From the NCBI GenBank assembly GCA_026990095.1, contig JALSIL010000475.1, positions 1 to 49,950 of the forward strand: a DNA stretch of 49,950 nucleotides. The letters run 5' to 3'. The notes below the pieces were generated by a model. It saw only the letters and a list, made by a program, of their open reading frames with translations, had not been told where the DNA came from and made no database searches. The stretch comes from Lysobacterales bacterium (GTDB lineage: Bacteria; Pseudomonadota; Gammaproteobacteria; Xanthomonadales; Marinicellaceae). Numbering within the stretch: position 1 is the first letter of the stretch; the number at the start of each line of letters is the position of its first letter. Shown here piece by piece: positions 26,211 to 36,841 of the stretch. Made by a program: the position numbers and the translations under genes.

Positions 26211-27227
26211 TCAATCCTTATTGAAGACATCTTCCATATCAAGCTGAATTAAAATGGCTTTACGTAATAAAGCCCGCTCTTTATTCACTATATTTTGCAA
26301 ACTAGTCAGGTTATTTTCCAAGTAACGAACCCGCTCTGCCAAAGAACTATCAATAGGCAATTGATCAGAGAAATCAATGGGAGAAGTAATATTTTCAGTT
26401 TGAGCAGCGGGTTGCGGAACTTCTTCAAGAATTTCTTTCACAACTTTTTCAATATCACTGGGTTTGAAGATTTCGAGTTCTTCCAAGTATCCGTACAATA
26501 ATAATCTGTCACAAAATGTATTTATTTTACGAGGTATGCCTTCAGTAAAAATAAAAATATCCTGAAATACAGCATCTTCAAACTCAGGCTTATGATTCCA
26601 ACCCGCTTTTTCCAATCGAAAAAGAATATAAACTTTGGTTTCTTCTTCAGTTAAAGCTTTAAGCTGAAATGTTGCAACAATACGCTGTCTGAATTGGTCC
26701 ATATCTGGACTATACAAAGTTTGAGCCAGCTCTTTTTGCCCAACTAAAAACACCTGAAAGGGAATAATGCCATCAACAACAAAATCAGCCAACATCCGTA
26801 ATTCTTCAAGTGCTCCTTTAGGAAGATGCTGTGCTTCGTCAACAATTAAAAGAACCCTTTTGCCTTGTTGAACCTGATCAATAAAATAATCTTTAATTTG
26901 TTCCAAAGTGGTGGTCTTATCATCTCCCTCATAACGAATACCGAAAGTAGCCGCTACAATTTTGATGGTTTCATCAGAGTCCACATGGGAAGTCACCATG
27001 ACTCCGATAACTATATTTTCAGTATTCAGATTATGAACCAATTGTCTAACCAACATGGTTTTACCTAATCCTGGTTCTCCTGTTACAACAACAAACCCTT
27101 CTCCCTGAGTTAATCCGTAATTCATGTAAGCTAATGCCCGACTATGAATCTTACTGCCAAAAAAGAAATCTGGATCAGCATTCAGCTGGAATGGTTTTTT
27201 GGTTAAATTGTAGAATTTGTTATACAT
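26211..27227 (-). CDS. XrtA/PEP-CTERM system-associated AAA ATPase (ExeA/GspA-like)
   Basis: Walker A is VVTGEPGLGKTMLV and Walker B is LLIVDEAQHL. The ExeA-like N-terminus is FYNLTKKPFQLNADPDFFF. Confidence 0.8.
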   Translation of the reverse strand: MYNKFYNLTKKPFQLNADPDFFFGSKIHSRALAYMNYGLTQGEGFVVVTGEPGLGKTMLVRQLVHNLNTENIVIGVMVTSHVDSDETIKIVAATFGIRYEGDDKTTTLEQIKDYFIDQVQQGKRVLLIVDEAQHLPKGALEELRMLADFVVDGIIPFQVFLVGQKELAQTLYSPDMDQFRQRIVATFQLKALTEEETKVYILFRLEKAGWNHKPEFEDAVFQDIFIFTEGIPRKINTFCDRLLLYGYLEELEIFKPSDIEKVVKEILEEVPQPAAQTENITSPIDFSDQLPIDSSLAERVRYLENNLTSLQNIVNKERALLRKAILIQLDMEDVFNKD

Positions 27228-27234
27228 TAAATTT

Positions 27235-27266
27235 TTAGTTGTAATTTTTTAACAATTTACAACTAA
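27235..27266. promoter_or_regulatory. Perfect 10-bp inverted repeat (TTAGTTGTAA N12 TTACAACTAA) immediately upstream of the ATPase start codon
   Basis: Read directly. It lies 8-39 nt 5' of ATG 27227 on the coding strand, in the 130-bp gap after the OMP gene. No obvious Shine-Dalgarno sequence lies between it and the ATG. Confidence 0.3.
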
Positions 27267-27357
27267 TCCTAGTAGATTTATCAAATAAATATAGACTGCA
27301 CTCGTTCAAACCTTGATTGATGACCATTACGCAGTAAATACAAAAGGCTGATATTTA

Positions 27358-28995
27358 TTACAGACTCATTTGTAAACTGGCACTGATTCTATTTTCCTGG
27401 AATTCGTTAAATTCGCTATCAGAGGTTTGATTTAAAAAACGATATTCAATACGTGCATTCATTCGTGAATTTTTGCCAACGCGAAAAGGAATTCTTCTAA
27501 TCAAACCAAGCGAAAAATCAAATCGATTATCAGAAAAATTTGAAGAATTATTGACAGTACTGGTAATGTTAGTTGCACTTCCTAATAATGAAGAACCTTT
27601 CCTGTCTCTTTTTTGCCAAGAAGAACGAGCAAAAAAACTTGTTCTTCTGGTGAAACGCCAATCAAGATCTGCTGAAGCTCCAAATACATCATCTTTTCTA
27701 CCTGACACTTGAAAAATTCTTTTTACGTTAAATACCCTTGCATTGATGTCGGTTTTGCCAGTTCGATATGAAAAAGAAATTTCTCCCCGTTTGCTGATAA
27801 AAACCTCATCGACCAAAGTAGGTAGACTAATATCTCTTTGGAAAGGTTGATTGGTTACTGGGTCAATCACTGGCTGACCAGTTGCATCAACCTGAGTGAA
27901 AGGTCTGGCGTCAGACAGCAAATTTTGAACAGTTGATGTTTCTTCTGAATAACTAGCCGTCCATGTAGCGCGTCTGGTTTTCCACTCAAAATGGCTTTCC
28001 CATGTACTTCCTGTATTTGTCCCAATATCATTATTTCTATAAGTGACATCCCATTTCATATGCCTTGTAGGACTTAATTTAAGTGTAACAAAAGTATTGT
28101 TACCAAAACCCGCTTCAATTCCAAAATAGCGACTCGGCTTCCAGCCACCTCCAAAGGTATAAAAAAAACCATTTCTGTTTCTATTGTTATTAAAACCCTG
28201 AAAACTGTTATCGCTATAGCCTGCCTGTGCAAATAAACTAAATTCTCTATTTAGATGAACTCTTACTAACCCGTCTGTATGACGAAAAACCACATCATTC
28301 CCACGCTCCCTTGTCTGCTCACGATTGACAAAATTAACAGCCCAGGTAACTCTTGAAAAACGCCAACCACTTTTTAAGTGTATCGATTCTTCAATAGTCT
28401 CAGAATCAGACAAAGCTGAATTTGTAGTTATGATGTTGGTATTTGCTATGGAAGCAGAATCATTTCTATCCCGGTCTGTGGAAAGTTTTTCATATCGAAA
28501 ACGTAACTCTCCATCTGCATAGCCATGAAAACGAGGAGTCCAGTAAGGAGAAAATCCATATCGAGTAACATTTGTTCTATTATTTCCACCAGAAATATTG
28601 TCATTTGCTGAACGAATATCACTCACATTTTGCTGGCTAATAGAACTGCTTAAATCCAAAAATAATAAATTTCTTGAAAATTCCGTCTTTGAATCAAATT
28701 GAAACTGATGAAATAAATCATAGCTATCATTTCCCCCCGCATTAAAATAATTCTGCATTCGATAATTTAAATCTAATTCATTTCTCGCTGTTCGACGTGA
28801 AAATGAAATACCTGGACTGATTTCGGTTACAAAAGCACTTATTTCTTGCCCTGAAGTTGCTAACCTGACATTATCAGAATATGTTTCCTGTATTGTGAGA
28901 CTAGGATCAAGCTGCCAATTGCGCGCCCAGGAATAATTTTGGTATGAGAATATAGAAATCAGAAACAATAGGTGGCATATGATTGTTTTTCGCAT
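27358..28995 (-). CDS. PEP-CTERM system-associated outer-membrane beta-barrel protein
   Basis: It has a signal peptide, then WQLDPSLTIQETYSDNVRL, then alternating beta-strand-like sequence rich in Y/F/R/N/S. It holds the conserved position between the kinase and the ATPase. Confidence 0.7.
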   Translation of the reverse strand: MRKTIICHLLFLISIFSYQNYSWARNWQLDPSLTIQETYSDNVRLATSGQEISAFVTEISPGISFSRRTARNELDLNYRMQNYFNAGGNDSYDLFHQFQFDSKTEFSRNLLFLDLSSSISQQNVSDIRSANDNISGGNNRTNVTRYGFSPYWTPRFHGYADGELRFRYEKLSTDRDRNDSASIANTNIITTNSALSDSETIEESIHLKSGWRFSRVTWAVNFVNREQTRERGNDVVFRHTDGLVRVHLNREFSLFAQAGYSDNSFQGFNNNRNRNGFFYTFGGGWKPSRYFGIEAGFGNNTFVTLKLSPTRHMKWDVTYRNNDIGTNTGSTWESHFEWKTRRATWTASYSEETSTVQNLLSDARPFTQVDATGQPVIDPVTNQPFQRDISLPTLVDEVFISKRGEISFSYRTGKTDINARVFNVKRIFQVSGRKDDVFGASADLDWRFTRRTSFFARSSWQKRDRKGSSLLGSATNITSTVNNSSNFSDNRFDFSLGLIRRIPFRVGKNSRMNARIEYRFLNQTSDSEFNEFQENRISASLQMSL

Positions 28996-29028
28996 AATTC
29001 CATAAAAGCCGAATAATTTTTATTTTTG

Positions 29029-29955
29029 TCAATGGCCATATTGTCCATAGCCATAGCCATAGCCATAGCCATAGCCATAAGAACCAAAGTTAAAACTGCG
29101 ATTAGTTTTATTAAGAAGCGCTAGCACCACATCGCAATTATCTAATTTACTGACGGTTTCTTTTACCGTTGCCTGCAATGTGCTTTCTGCTTCAACAACA
29201 AGCACAACCTGCCCTACCAAACTGGCTAAAACCTCTCCTTGCGTTGCAGCCAACAATGGGGGGGAATCGAAAATAACAATTCTATCTGAATATCGTTGAC
29301 TGAGTTCAGAGGCCAACTCAGCCATTTTATTACTTGCAAGCAATTCTGTTGAATAACTATGCCAATCTCCAGCTGGAACCACGCGAAACCCATCTAAATC
29401 AGTATTACGGATAACTTCTGAAAAGTCCATATTATCTGATTCCAAATACTCTATTAATCCTGGTGTGTTTTCAATGCCTAAGGCATTTGCTACCGAAGGT
29501 TTTGCAACATCTGCATCTATTAACAAAACTTCTTTATCACGTTCTTGAGCGATACTTAAAGCCAAATTTATTGCAGAAAAAGTTTTTCCTTCACCAGGCA
29601 CACTGCTCGTGACTAAAATTAAATTGGCTCGCTCAATTCCTTTCGATCTTGTACCAAATGCATTGGATAATAATGGCCTTTTAATAGTTCTGTATTCTTC
29701 AACCATCTGTAAGCGTTCGGTATTAGCAGTCAAATACCCCTGACTGCTAATAAAATCCCAATCTAATTTAATAGTTTCAGATTTTTTCGCTATCTTTTGT
29801 TTTGGTCTTACTTTAGATAACTCTTGTGGGGAAGCTATTTTATTGCCAACACCTTGTTCTGTATTTATCTTTGCAAGCTTGTTAAGGTTATTATTTTGTC
29901 CCTCATCATCTGCCTTTTTTAGTGCTTCATCAATAATTCCCACATTAGCCTCCAA
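29029..29955 (-). CDS. Bacterial tyrosine (BY) autokinase, XrtA-associated (EpsG-like)
   Basis: Walker A is SSVPGEGKTFSAINLA, Walker A' is LLIDADV and Walker B is IVIFDSPPLL. The C-terminal Tyr cluster is GSYGYGYGYGYGYGQYGH. Confidence 0.85.
   Translation of the reverse strand: MEANVGIIDEALKKADDEGQNNNLNKLAKINTEQGVGNKIASPQELSKVRPKQKIAKKSETIKLDWDFISSQGYLTANTERLQMVEEYRTIKRPLLSNAFGTRSKGIERANLILVTSSVPGEGKTFSAINLALSIAQERDKEVLLIDADVAKPSVANALGIENTPGLIEYLESDNMDFSEVIRNTDLDGFRVVPAGDWHSYSTELLASNKMAELASELSQRYSDRIVIFDSPPLLAATQGEVLASLVGQVVLVVEAESTLQATVKETVSKLDNCDVVLALLNKTNRSFNFGSYGYGYGYGYGYGQYGH
29045..29080 (-). repeat. Hexanucleotide microsatellite (CCATAG x5 + CCATAA on the plus strand; TATGGC on the coding strand) encoding the (YG)n tail
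   Basis: Read directly from the sequence. There are five perfect units followed by one unit with a single substitution. Confidence 0.9.
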
Positions 29956-31546
29956 TAAGAGTATTCAATTGCCAATAAATATTCTGAACATATCCATAAA
30001 TAGTTTCATTAGTAGCAGCTAAAATTTCGATAATCATCAGAATCAAGAAAATTGCTATTAAACTAACCACAGCAACTAACGCGGGATAGACAGCAGAACT
30101 GGCAGCTGCATCATCCTCGAAAGCCTGCATTGAGACCGTTCCTAAAACTGGCAAACCTGTGGCCACTCGCAATTGCCTGGTTGACATATAAGTCGGCTTG
30201 ATAAAATATAGAAGGAAAGCAATACCAAGCCCCACAACCAGCCCAGCAACTAACACAATGGGAATAAGCAACATTCTATTGGGCGAATCGGGTCTTATCG
30301 GCAACTTGGGCGGATCAACAACTTTAAGTTTGAGCGAAGCTGCCTCAAGATCAAGTTTTTCAGACATAGAAGCTTGCTCTTTTCTTTCCAGCAATTTCAT
30401 ATAATTTGTCTTTATTGTATTGTAATCCCTGTTTAAATTCTGCATTGCTGTTTCAATTTTTAAACGTTGATCCAGCTGATCCTTATGCTTATCCAATCGT
30501 TTTGTTAATGAATTGACTCTGGACTGTATTGCCGCAACCTCAGCGCCTGCCTCATTCACAGCAATTTTTAATGATTGAACATAAGGGTTCACCATCGCCA
30601 TCGAATCAACAGAAGCTCCTGAATCTGGGTTTTTTTCTTTTTCTTCTGCCTTGCGTTTTTCCAGAAGTTTAATAATGCTGTCAATGGCAAGTATTGCGGG
30701 GTGGTTCTCAGTATACTTTAATAAAAGATCAGTCCGATTCGACTTCAGTTCTTGAATTTTTGAATCTTCTGTAACAGCTTCTTGGCTTAAATTCGAAATA
30801 GCCCACTCTTCATCAGTATCTAAAGCTTCATCTAACTGGGACTGTAAAATATTTTTTCTTGATAAAGCTTCATTTAACATTAATTTTGCTTCATCCAGTT
30901 TTACTTTTAAGGCATTCAGCTGGGCCATCTGACTACTTTCTGTTCCAGGAAGCAGTCCAAAATTAACCCTCCTGAATTCTTCACGAGCTTGTTCAGCGGC
31001 AAGTAGTCGCTTTTCATATTGTTGTATTTGCTCATCAATAAAACGTTGCGCTGCCCCCATATCTCCCATGGTTCTCATTTGCGTCTGTTCTGAGAACACC
31101 GATAGCACTGCAAGTACTACATTTTTTGCTTTTTTCGGATCACCTGACTGATAAGTAATAGAAAATAAATCATTTTTCCCTCCTGAGATGGATATATTTT
31201 CCTTTAATCCTTCCAGTAATTCTATCCGTTTGATTTCACCTTGGTTAATTTCTTTTAATTTAGCCAGATGAGCAATTTTTTCCAGATTTTTATTAGTAAA
31301 CATCAGTTGCTGCATAACCCTGATTAAGGCTCGCACATCTGTTTGGATAGTTAGCCCTCTCAGCAAAGGACGCAACATTGTCCTGCTATCAACATGTACC
31401 CGCGCTTCCGAAACGTATTGATTTGGCATTGCCATAACATACAACCATCCAGCCAAACAAATGAGCCATGCAATCACAATTGCTACCCATTTATATTTTA
31501 ATGTCCCTTTGACATAGTATATCGCTTCGGCTAATTGTTCCTGCAT
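29945..31546 (-). CDS. XrtA system polysaccharide chain-length determinant (Wzz/PCP family, EpsF-like)
   Basis: An N-terminal TM segment is followed by YVSEARVHVD. There is a long coiled-coil periplasmic region and a C-terminal TM pair. It overlaps the kinase gene by 11 bp. Confidence 0.8.
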   Translation of the reverse strand: MQEQLAEAIYYVKGTLKYKWVAIVIAWLICLAGWLYVMAMPNQYVSEARVHVDSRTMLRPLLRGLTIQTDVRALIRVMQQLMFTNKNLEKIAHLAKLKEINQGEIKRIELLEGLKENISISGGKNDLFSITYQSGDPKKAKNVVLAVLSVFSEQTQMRTMGDMGAAQRFIDEQIQQYEKRLLAAEQAREEFRRVNFGLLPGTESSQMAQLNALKVKLDEAKLMLNEALSRKNILQSQLDEALDTDEEWAISNLSQEAVTEDSKIQELKSNRTDLLLKYTENHPAILAIDSIIKLLEKRKAEEKEKNPDSGASVDSMAMVNPYVQSLKIAVNEAGAEVAAIQSRVNSLTKRLDKHKDQLDQRLKIETAMQNLNRDYNTIKTNYMKLLERKEQASMSEKLDLEAASLKLKVVDPPKLPIRPDSPNRMLLIPIVLVAGLVVGLGIAFLLYFIKPTYMSTRQLRVATGLPVLGTVSMQAFEDDAAASSAVYPALVAVVSLIAIFLILMIIEILAATNETIYGYVQNIYWQLNTLIGG

Positions 31547-31706
31547 TTCTGATTATTACCTAATAATTTGCTTAATGGGGCCATTTAAGGAATCACAAAT
31601 TTAATATTATTTAACATACTGAAAAATAATATTAAACGATGCTTGCTCCATTCTTAATTTTTAAAGACTTAAAATGGTATTAGCTATTTCCTGATCTATA
31701 TTGAAA

Positions 31707-32375
31707 TCAAAAGTAAGCTTCAGGAATAACAAGAATATCACCAGGAAACATTTTGACATTTTCTGACATATCTCCATCTTCAACTAGGTCGTCAATATTT
31801 ACTCCGAATTGTTTTTCTACTCCATCAACTTTACGTATAATACTTGCCCTGTTTCCATCTGCAAACTCGCCTATGCTTCCAATTCGGATAATAACATCCA
31901 TTAAAGTCATCCCTCGCTCATAAGGAATAGATTCACCACTGTATCGATTGGATCCACTATCACCACCACTGTTCCCAACTTGGCCAATAACTCGAATTTG
32001 CTGCTGGTCAACACCTTGAAATTCCGCAACCATTACCACAACCTGTGGGTCTCTAATATATTGCGCGTATTCTTCTTCAAGTTTTCTGGCTAATTCAAAA
32101 GCAGTTTTTCCACTTGCTTGAATATCCTCTACCAATGGAACAGTCACTTTCCCATCAGGTCTTACTGTTACTACTCTTGAAACATCAGGGTTGCCCCAAA
32201 CATAAATATCAATGCTGTCCCCTGGACCAATCAAATAAGTATAGTCTAGAGCCACATCATCATTTCCCGATAGCGGTGGATGTCCCACGATAACTGCCGG
32301 TAAATATGAACATGCAGAAACTAATGAACCTACAATTATTAGTACGGCGAGTTTTGTTTTTTTTAATATCATCAC
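31707..32375 (-). CDS. Polysaccharide export outer-membrane lipoprotein (Wza-like, XrtA/PEP-CTERM export protein)
   Basis: The lipobox is LVSAC. The Poly_export motif is YLIGPGDSIDIYVWGNPDVS, and a SLBB-like C-terminus follows. Confidence 0.85.
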   Translation of the reverse strand: MMILKKTKLAVLIIVGSLVSACSYLPAVIVGHPPLSGNDDVALDYTYLIGPGDSIDIYVWGNPDVSRVVTVRPDGKVTVPLVEDIQASGKTAFELARKLEEEYAQYIRDPQVVVMVAEFQGVDQQQIRVIGQVGNSGGDSGSNRYSGESIPYERGMTLMDVIIRIGSIGEFADGNRASIIRKVDGVEKQFGVNIDDLVEDGDMSENVKMFPGDILVIPEAYF

Positions 32376-32421
32376 AGTAATAACCTCTTTGAATAAATTT
32401 ACTGTACTTTGGTTGAATAAA

Positions 32422-34827
32422 TTAACTAACGACAGGTTTTAACAACTTATCTAACAATTTTTTTGCTGCTTCGTTTTCTGCGAAGCCACCTTGTTTTTTT
32501 CCTAATTCAATTGCTTGTTTTAACTCAGAAATTGCAACGGAGTCTTGACCTGCTTGGTGATAAGCCACACCTAAATGGAACTTGAAAACTGGAATTGACG
32601 CAGCAACACTATTAACTTTTTTAAGAGCTTCCAAGGCTTTAGATAAATTACCCAGCTTGAGTTCGGTCCATGCATAGGTATCAAGATAAAAAGGTTGTTT
32701 GGAATCTTTAAACCTGGTTGCAAGCTGTCTTGCCTTTTGTAAACTTTCCTGATCCCCAAAAAAATCTACAAGCAATGAAGCATATTCATTCGCAACCACA
32801 TCTAATTTGTCATTTTTTCCTATTAACATTTCATAGATATCTGCGGCATTTTTATACTGATCGGTTCTTTTGTAAACTGCTGCTAATTTCAGAGGGATTT
32901 TCAAATTATCCGGTATTGCAGCTTGTCCCTTCAATAAACTCTTAATGGCATCTTGATATTTTCGTTGCTGTAAATAAGTGTCTGCCAGGGTCAAATAAAT
33001 CTGTGGCACCTTATCATTAACTTTTAAAGCTTCTTCTAAAGTTGCAATTGCTTTATCAAATTGTTTATTTAATAAATATAGTTTACTTTTGACAAGATAC
33101 GCAGGAATATTACCTTTTGTTTGGGTAATTAAAGAAGAAAGATAATCAAGCATCTTGTCTCTTTGATTCAATGCCTCATAACTCCGCGCCATCTCCTGCA
33201 TTGCATCAAGCTGATATGGCATTTTTGTTAATAATTCTTTATATTTTTCAACTGCCTTATTATATTCTTGCTTTTCTTGAAAAACCTTAGCCTGCATAAA
33301 CATTGCAATCAAGGCGCCTTTATTCGGCTGTTTTGACATTACCTGTAAAATCTTTTCAGCCGCATCCCAATCCTTTTCAACCATTTTGATTTGAGCGAGC
33401 TTTTGTAAAAGCATAATATTTCCTGGCTTTTGCTTCAAAGCCTGACTTAATATTTCAGTCGCATAGCCAAAATTTTGTTCTTTTATTAAATTATTGACTA
33501 CTGGAAACAACGCATTGAGATTTGAGGGATTAATTTCCAGGGCTTCACGAAACTTTCTAACAGCTTGCTTTTCATTACCATCCAATAATTCAAGCTGGGC
33601 CAGCATGACTATCGTTTCGTCCGATTTTGGATGACTCCATAGCACTGAAGTCAGCAATGTTTTAGCTTCTTGATACTTTTTGTTGACCACTAAAATCCTT
33701 GCTTGAAGAATCTGTGCATCTTTATTCTCCGAATCCTCTTCAAGAATACCATTAATCAGGGAAGAAGCAGTTTCAAAATCTTGTTGTTGAAAAGCCATTT
33801 TAGCCAACAACAATTGTGCTTCGTGCTTTTCTGGTTTCGATTTTGATTGAGCAATCTTCTCTAAATATTTTTTTGCAGACTCAGGTTTTTTTCTTAATAA
33901 CAACCATTTACTTAATTGCAAAAGTTCTTTGGGTTGATTTCCATATTGATCTGCATATTTATTAAATTGCTGCATAGCCTTGTTTTCATCAAGGCTTACC
34001 AGAAAACTAAGCAATACAAATTTGGGTCTGATGCTTTTTGGATTTTCAGCGACATATTCTCGCAACAACTTCTCCGCCTCTTCTGGCTTTTTGGCATGTA
34101 CTAGCAGTTTGGCTAGAGCGATTTTCAGTTGATCCTTCTTTGGATACATTTTTATTAATTGCTGATACTCTCTGATAACAGCATCAATATCTTTCTTCTT
34201 GGCATTCAGTTGTATCTTCAACAAATGTAGCGAAGGATTTTCAGCATTTGCCTCAATAGCCGGTTCAAGTATGGAAAGCGCTTCATCGAAATCTTCATTT
34301 TCCATGTAAACCACTGCTTTCAAAGAGACTGCATCAACATTCCCCGGGTCTTGTTGCAAAATACCGTCAATAACAGGCAAAGCTTCACCTGACTTTTTCT
34401 GCCTGATTAATATTGCCGCTTTCAACGATAATGCATCCAAATCATCAGGCTTCTTTTCGATTACATAATCTGCCTGTTTTGCTGCACTTTCAACATCGTT
34501 AAATAACAACAAGACCTTACCTAATTTAAGGCGGGCATCAATGTTATCCGGCTCAAGCTTAACAGCCTGCTCCAGATTCTCTTTCATTGCTGGATAATTA
34601 CGGCTTTTTTCATTTAATAAAGCCATGGTGTAATATGAATCTGCAAGATTGTCATTGCTCTGAATAGCGCTTTTTAACTCTAACTCAGCGCTTTTCAGAT
34701 CACCTTTTTCCAATAATTCTTTTCCTCGAGCAAGTCGTTCTTGCGCTTGCTCTTGTTCATTTTGACAAGCGGTCAAGACCCAAAGGCTCAAGCCCACAGC
34801 CATCATTATTTTTTTCAATTTATACAT
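32422..34827 (-). CDS. prsT: PEP-CTERM system TPR-repeat lipoprotein PrsT
   Basis: 801 aa with the lipobox LWVLTAC and TPR repeats wall to wall. It sits at the head of the export gene set. Confidence 0.8.
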   Translation of the reverse strand: MYKLKKIMMAVGLSLWVLTACQNEQEQAQERLARGKELLEKGDLKSAELELKSAIQSNDNLADSYYTMALLNEKSRNYPAMKENLEQAVKLEPDNIDARLKLGKVLLLFNDVESAAKQADYVIEKKPDDLDALSLKAAILIRQKKSGEALPVIDGILQQDPGNVDAVSLKAVVYMENEDFDEALSILEPAIEANAENPSLHLLKIQLNAKKKDIDAVIREYQQLIKMYPKKDQLKIALAKLLVHAKKPEEAEKLLREYVAENPKSIRPKFVLLSFLVSLDENKAMQQFNKYADQYGNQPKELLQLSKWLLLRKKPESAKKYLEKIAQSKSKPEKHEAQLLLAKMAFQQQDFETASSLINGILEEDSENKDAQILQARILVVNKKYQEAKTLLTSVLWSHPKSDETIVMLAQLELLDGNEKQAVRKFREALEINPSNLNALFPVVNNLIKEQNFGYATEILSQALKQKPGNIMLLQKLAQIKMVEKDWDAAEKILQVMSKQPNKGALIAMFMQAKVFQEKQEYNKAVEKYKELLTKMPYQLDAMQEMARSYEALNQRDKMLDYLSSLITQTKGNIPAYLVKSKLYLLNKQFDKAIATLEEALKVNDKVPQIYLTLADTYLQQRKYQDAIKSLLKGQAAIPDNLKIPLKLAAVYKRTDQYKNAADIYEMLIGKNDKLDVVANEYASLLVDFFGDQESLQKARQLATRFKDSKQPFYLDTYAWTELKLGNLSKALEALKKVNSVAASIPVFKFHLGVAYHQAGQDSVAISELKQAIELGKKQGGFAENEAAKKLLDKLLKPVVS

Positions 34828-34894
34828 TATGTACCCAAATTAAACGCCAAATAATACAAAATTAAACTTTATATAAGCTGAACAACAATCAACA

Positions 34895-35659
34895 TTATCT
34901 ATTTTGAAGATATTTTTCGACGCGCTTTACATCATCTTCGGTATCAATACCAGCCATTGGTGCTTTAGCAACCACTTCCACTAAAATCTTTTCTCCATGC
35001 CATAAAATCCGTAACTGCTCTAATCTTTCAATCTGTTCTAAAATTGACTCCCGCCATTTAACATATTGATTTAAAAAACCAACTGTATAAGCATATAAAC
35101 CAATATGTCTTAAATAAATATTTTTAGGAATAAAAGATTGCTGTTCTACAAAACCATCCCTATCCCATGGAATAACCGCCCTGCTAAAATAAAGTGCATG
35201 ACCCTGCTTATCAACAACAACTTTAACAATATTATTGTCAAACACTTCCTCTGCTGCACTCATTGTCACGGCCAATGTGGAAACTTTAGCTACCAGATTA
35301 TCTGAAAGCGCTTTGGCCACCTTTTGGATATATTCTGCGGATAACAAAGGCTCATCGCCTTGCAAATTTACAATTATCTCATCATCTTGCCACTGTAATT
35401 TCTGGGCGACTTCAGCAATTCTCTCCGATCCGCTTTGGTGAGAATCGGATGTCATCACTGCTTTAACCCCTAATTCACTGGCGACTTTAAAAATTCGAGA
35501 ATCATCAGTTGCGACGACAATCTGTTCGGCGTTCGCTTCCCTTGCTCTATCACAAACATGAGCTATCATTGGTCTTCCAGCCAGAGCGATTAAAGGCTTT
35601 CCAGGTAAGCGAGTTGATGCGTACCGGGCAGGGATAACAACTTTAAACCTTGTTGTCAT
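34895..35659 (-). CDS. kdsB: 3-deoxy-manno-octulosonate cytidylyltransferase (CMP-Kdo synthetase)
   Basis: [28 protein letters not shown] and NLQGDEPLL are present. It is 254 aa and in synteny with lpxK. Confidence 0.9.
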   Translation of the reverse strand: MTTRFKVVIPARYASTRLPGKPLIALAGRPMIAHVCDRAREANAEQIVVATDDSRIFKVASELGVKAVMTSDSHQSGSERIAEVAQKLQWQDDEIIVNLQGDEPLLSAEYIQKVAKALSDNLVAKVSTLAVTMSAAEEVFDNNIVKVVVDKQGHALYFSRAVIPWDRDGFVEQQSFIPKNIYLRHIGLYAYTVGFLNQYVKWRESILEQIERLEQLRILWHGEKILVEVVAKAPMAGIDTEDDVKRVEKYLQNR

Positions 35660-35847
35660 TTTGGTAAGGCATCTATTTCTTCCAGCGTTAGTTCTCTGGC
35701 CTCTTCTTCTAGCATCACCGGAATATCATCTCGAATTGGAAAGGCCAATCTGTCAGCTTTGCAAACCAGCTCCTGTTGTTTCTTTATATAGATCAATGGA
35801 CTTTTACAAAGTGGGCAAGCGAGAATCTCAAGTAACTTTTTATCCAT
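35656..35847 (-). CDS. Trm112/YcaR family small zinc-ribbon protein
   Basis: 63 aa with [14 protein letters not shown]. It lies between lpxK and kdsB, as in many proteobacteria, and overlaps both neighbours. Confidence 0.8.
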   Translation of the reverse strand: MDKKLLEILACPLCKSPLIYIKKQQELVCKADRLAFPIRDDIPVMLEEEARELTLEEIDALPK

Positions 35848-36841
35848 GTTCCTTCTCTTTTAATTTCTTAACTAAATTTTCAGTGAATGCCTCTGGTATC
35901 GAGGCAGTAACCGGAATGAACCAATAATTTATTTGTGCAAAAGCGGTGCATTTCACAGCATCTTTTTCCGTCATCAATACTTCATTACTATCGTCAAAAG
36001 TAAAATCTTCTTGAACAAAATCATGATGGTCTGAAAATGGATGCCGAAGGAATGAAATTCCTGCATTATCAAGCAAGGAAAAAAAACGCTCTGGATTTCC
36101 AATGCCTGCCACTGCATGACAGGTCTTGTTTTTAAAATAATCAAGAGATTGCTGCTCACCAGTAAGTAAATTTATGGCTTTACTGCCTTGAACATTCATT
36201 GGATATTCACCTTCTTCAGCATTCTCACCATTACAAACTAAAAAATCAACCTCTCTGATTCGGCTAATGGCTTCACGCAGGGGGCCGCTTGGAAGACTAT
36301 AACCATTACCAAACCGCCGTTTTCCATCAATCACGATAATCTCAACATCTCTATCCAGGCTATAATGCTGCAAACCATCATCAGAAATAATGACATTACA
36401 ATCAGTTTTATCCAATAGCAATTTTGCAGAGGTAACCCTGTCAGGGCCAACAGCAATTGGCACTTCGCAATGACGAATAATCACCAGAGGCTCATCACCA
36501 ACTATTGCAGGTTGACTATCTGAGGACACCATTTTCGGCCATTGTTCCGATTCTCCACCATAACCCCGTGCAATCACACCTGGTTTATAACCCAAACGCT
36601 TTAACTGCTCAACGATATAAATAGTTAATGGCGTTTTACCAGTTCCTCCAACTGTAATATTACCAACAATAATGACTGGAACAGAAAGTTTATGTTTTTT
36701 CAATATGCCTATGTGGTAAAGATATCTACGAAACCGAACGATATCGTGAAATATCATCGAAAATGGTAATAGACATAATCCAATGAAATTATCCTGATAC
36801 CAAATAAAATTAGACCATTTATGTAATGTTTCTTTATTCAT
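35840..36841 (-). CDS. lpxK: Tetraacyldisaccharide 4'-kinase
   Basis: The P-loop is [19 protein letters not shown]. It is 333 aa. Confidence 0.9.
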   Translation of the reverse strand: MNKETLHKWSNFIWYQDNFIGLCLLPFSMIFHDIVRFRRYLYHIGILKKHKLSVPVIIVGNITVGGTGKTPLTIYIVEQLKRLGYKPGVIARGYGGESEQWPKMVSSDSQPAIVGDEPLVIIRHCEVPIAVGPDRVTSAKLLLDKTDCNVIISDDGLQHYSLDRDVEIIVIDGKRRFGNGYSLPSGPLREAISRIREVDFLVCNGENAEEGEYPMNVQGSKAINLLTGEQQSLDYFKNKTCHAVAGIGNPERFFSLLDNAGISFLRHPFSDHHDFVQEDFTFDDSNEVLMTEKDAVKCTAFAQINYWFIPVTASIPEAFTENLVKKLKEKEHG

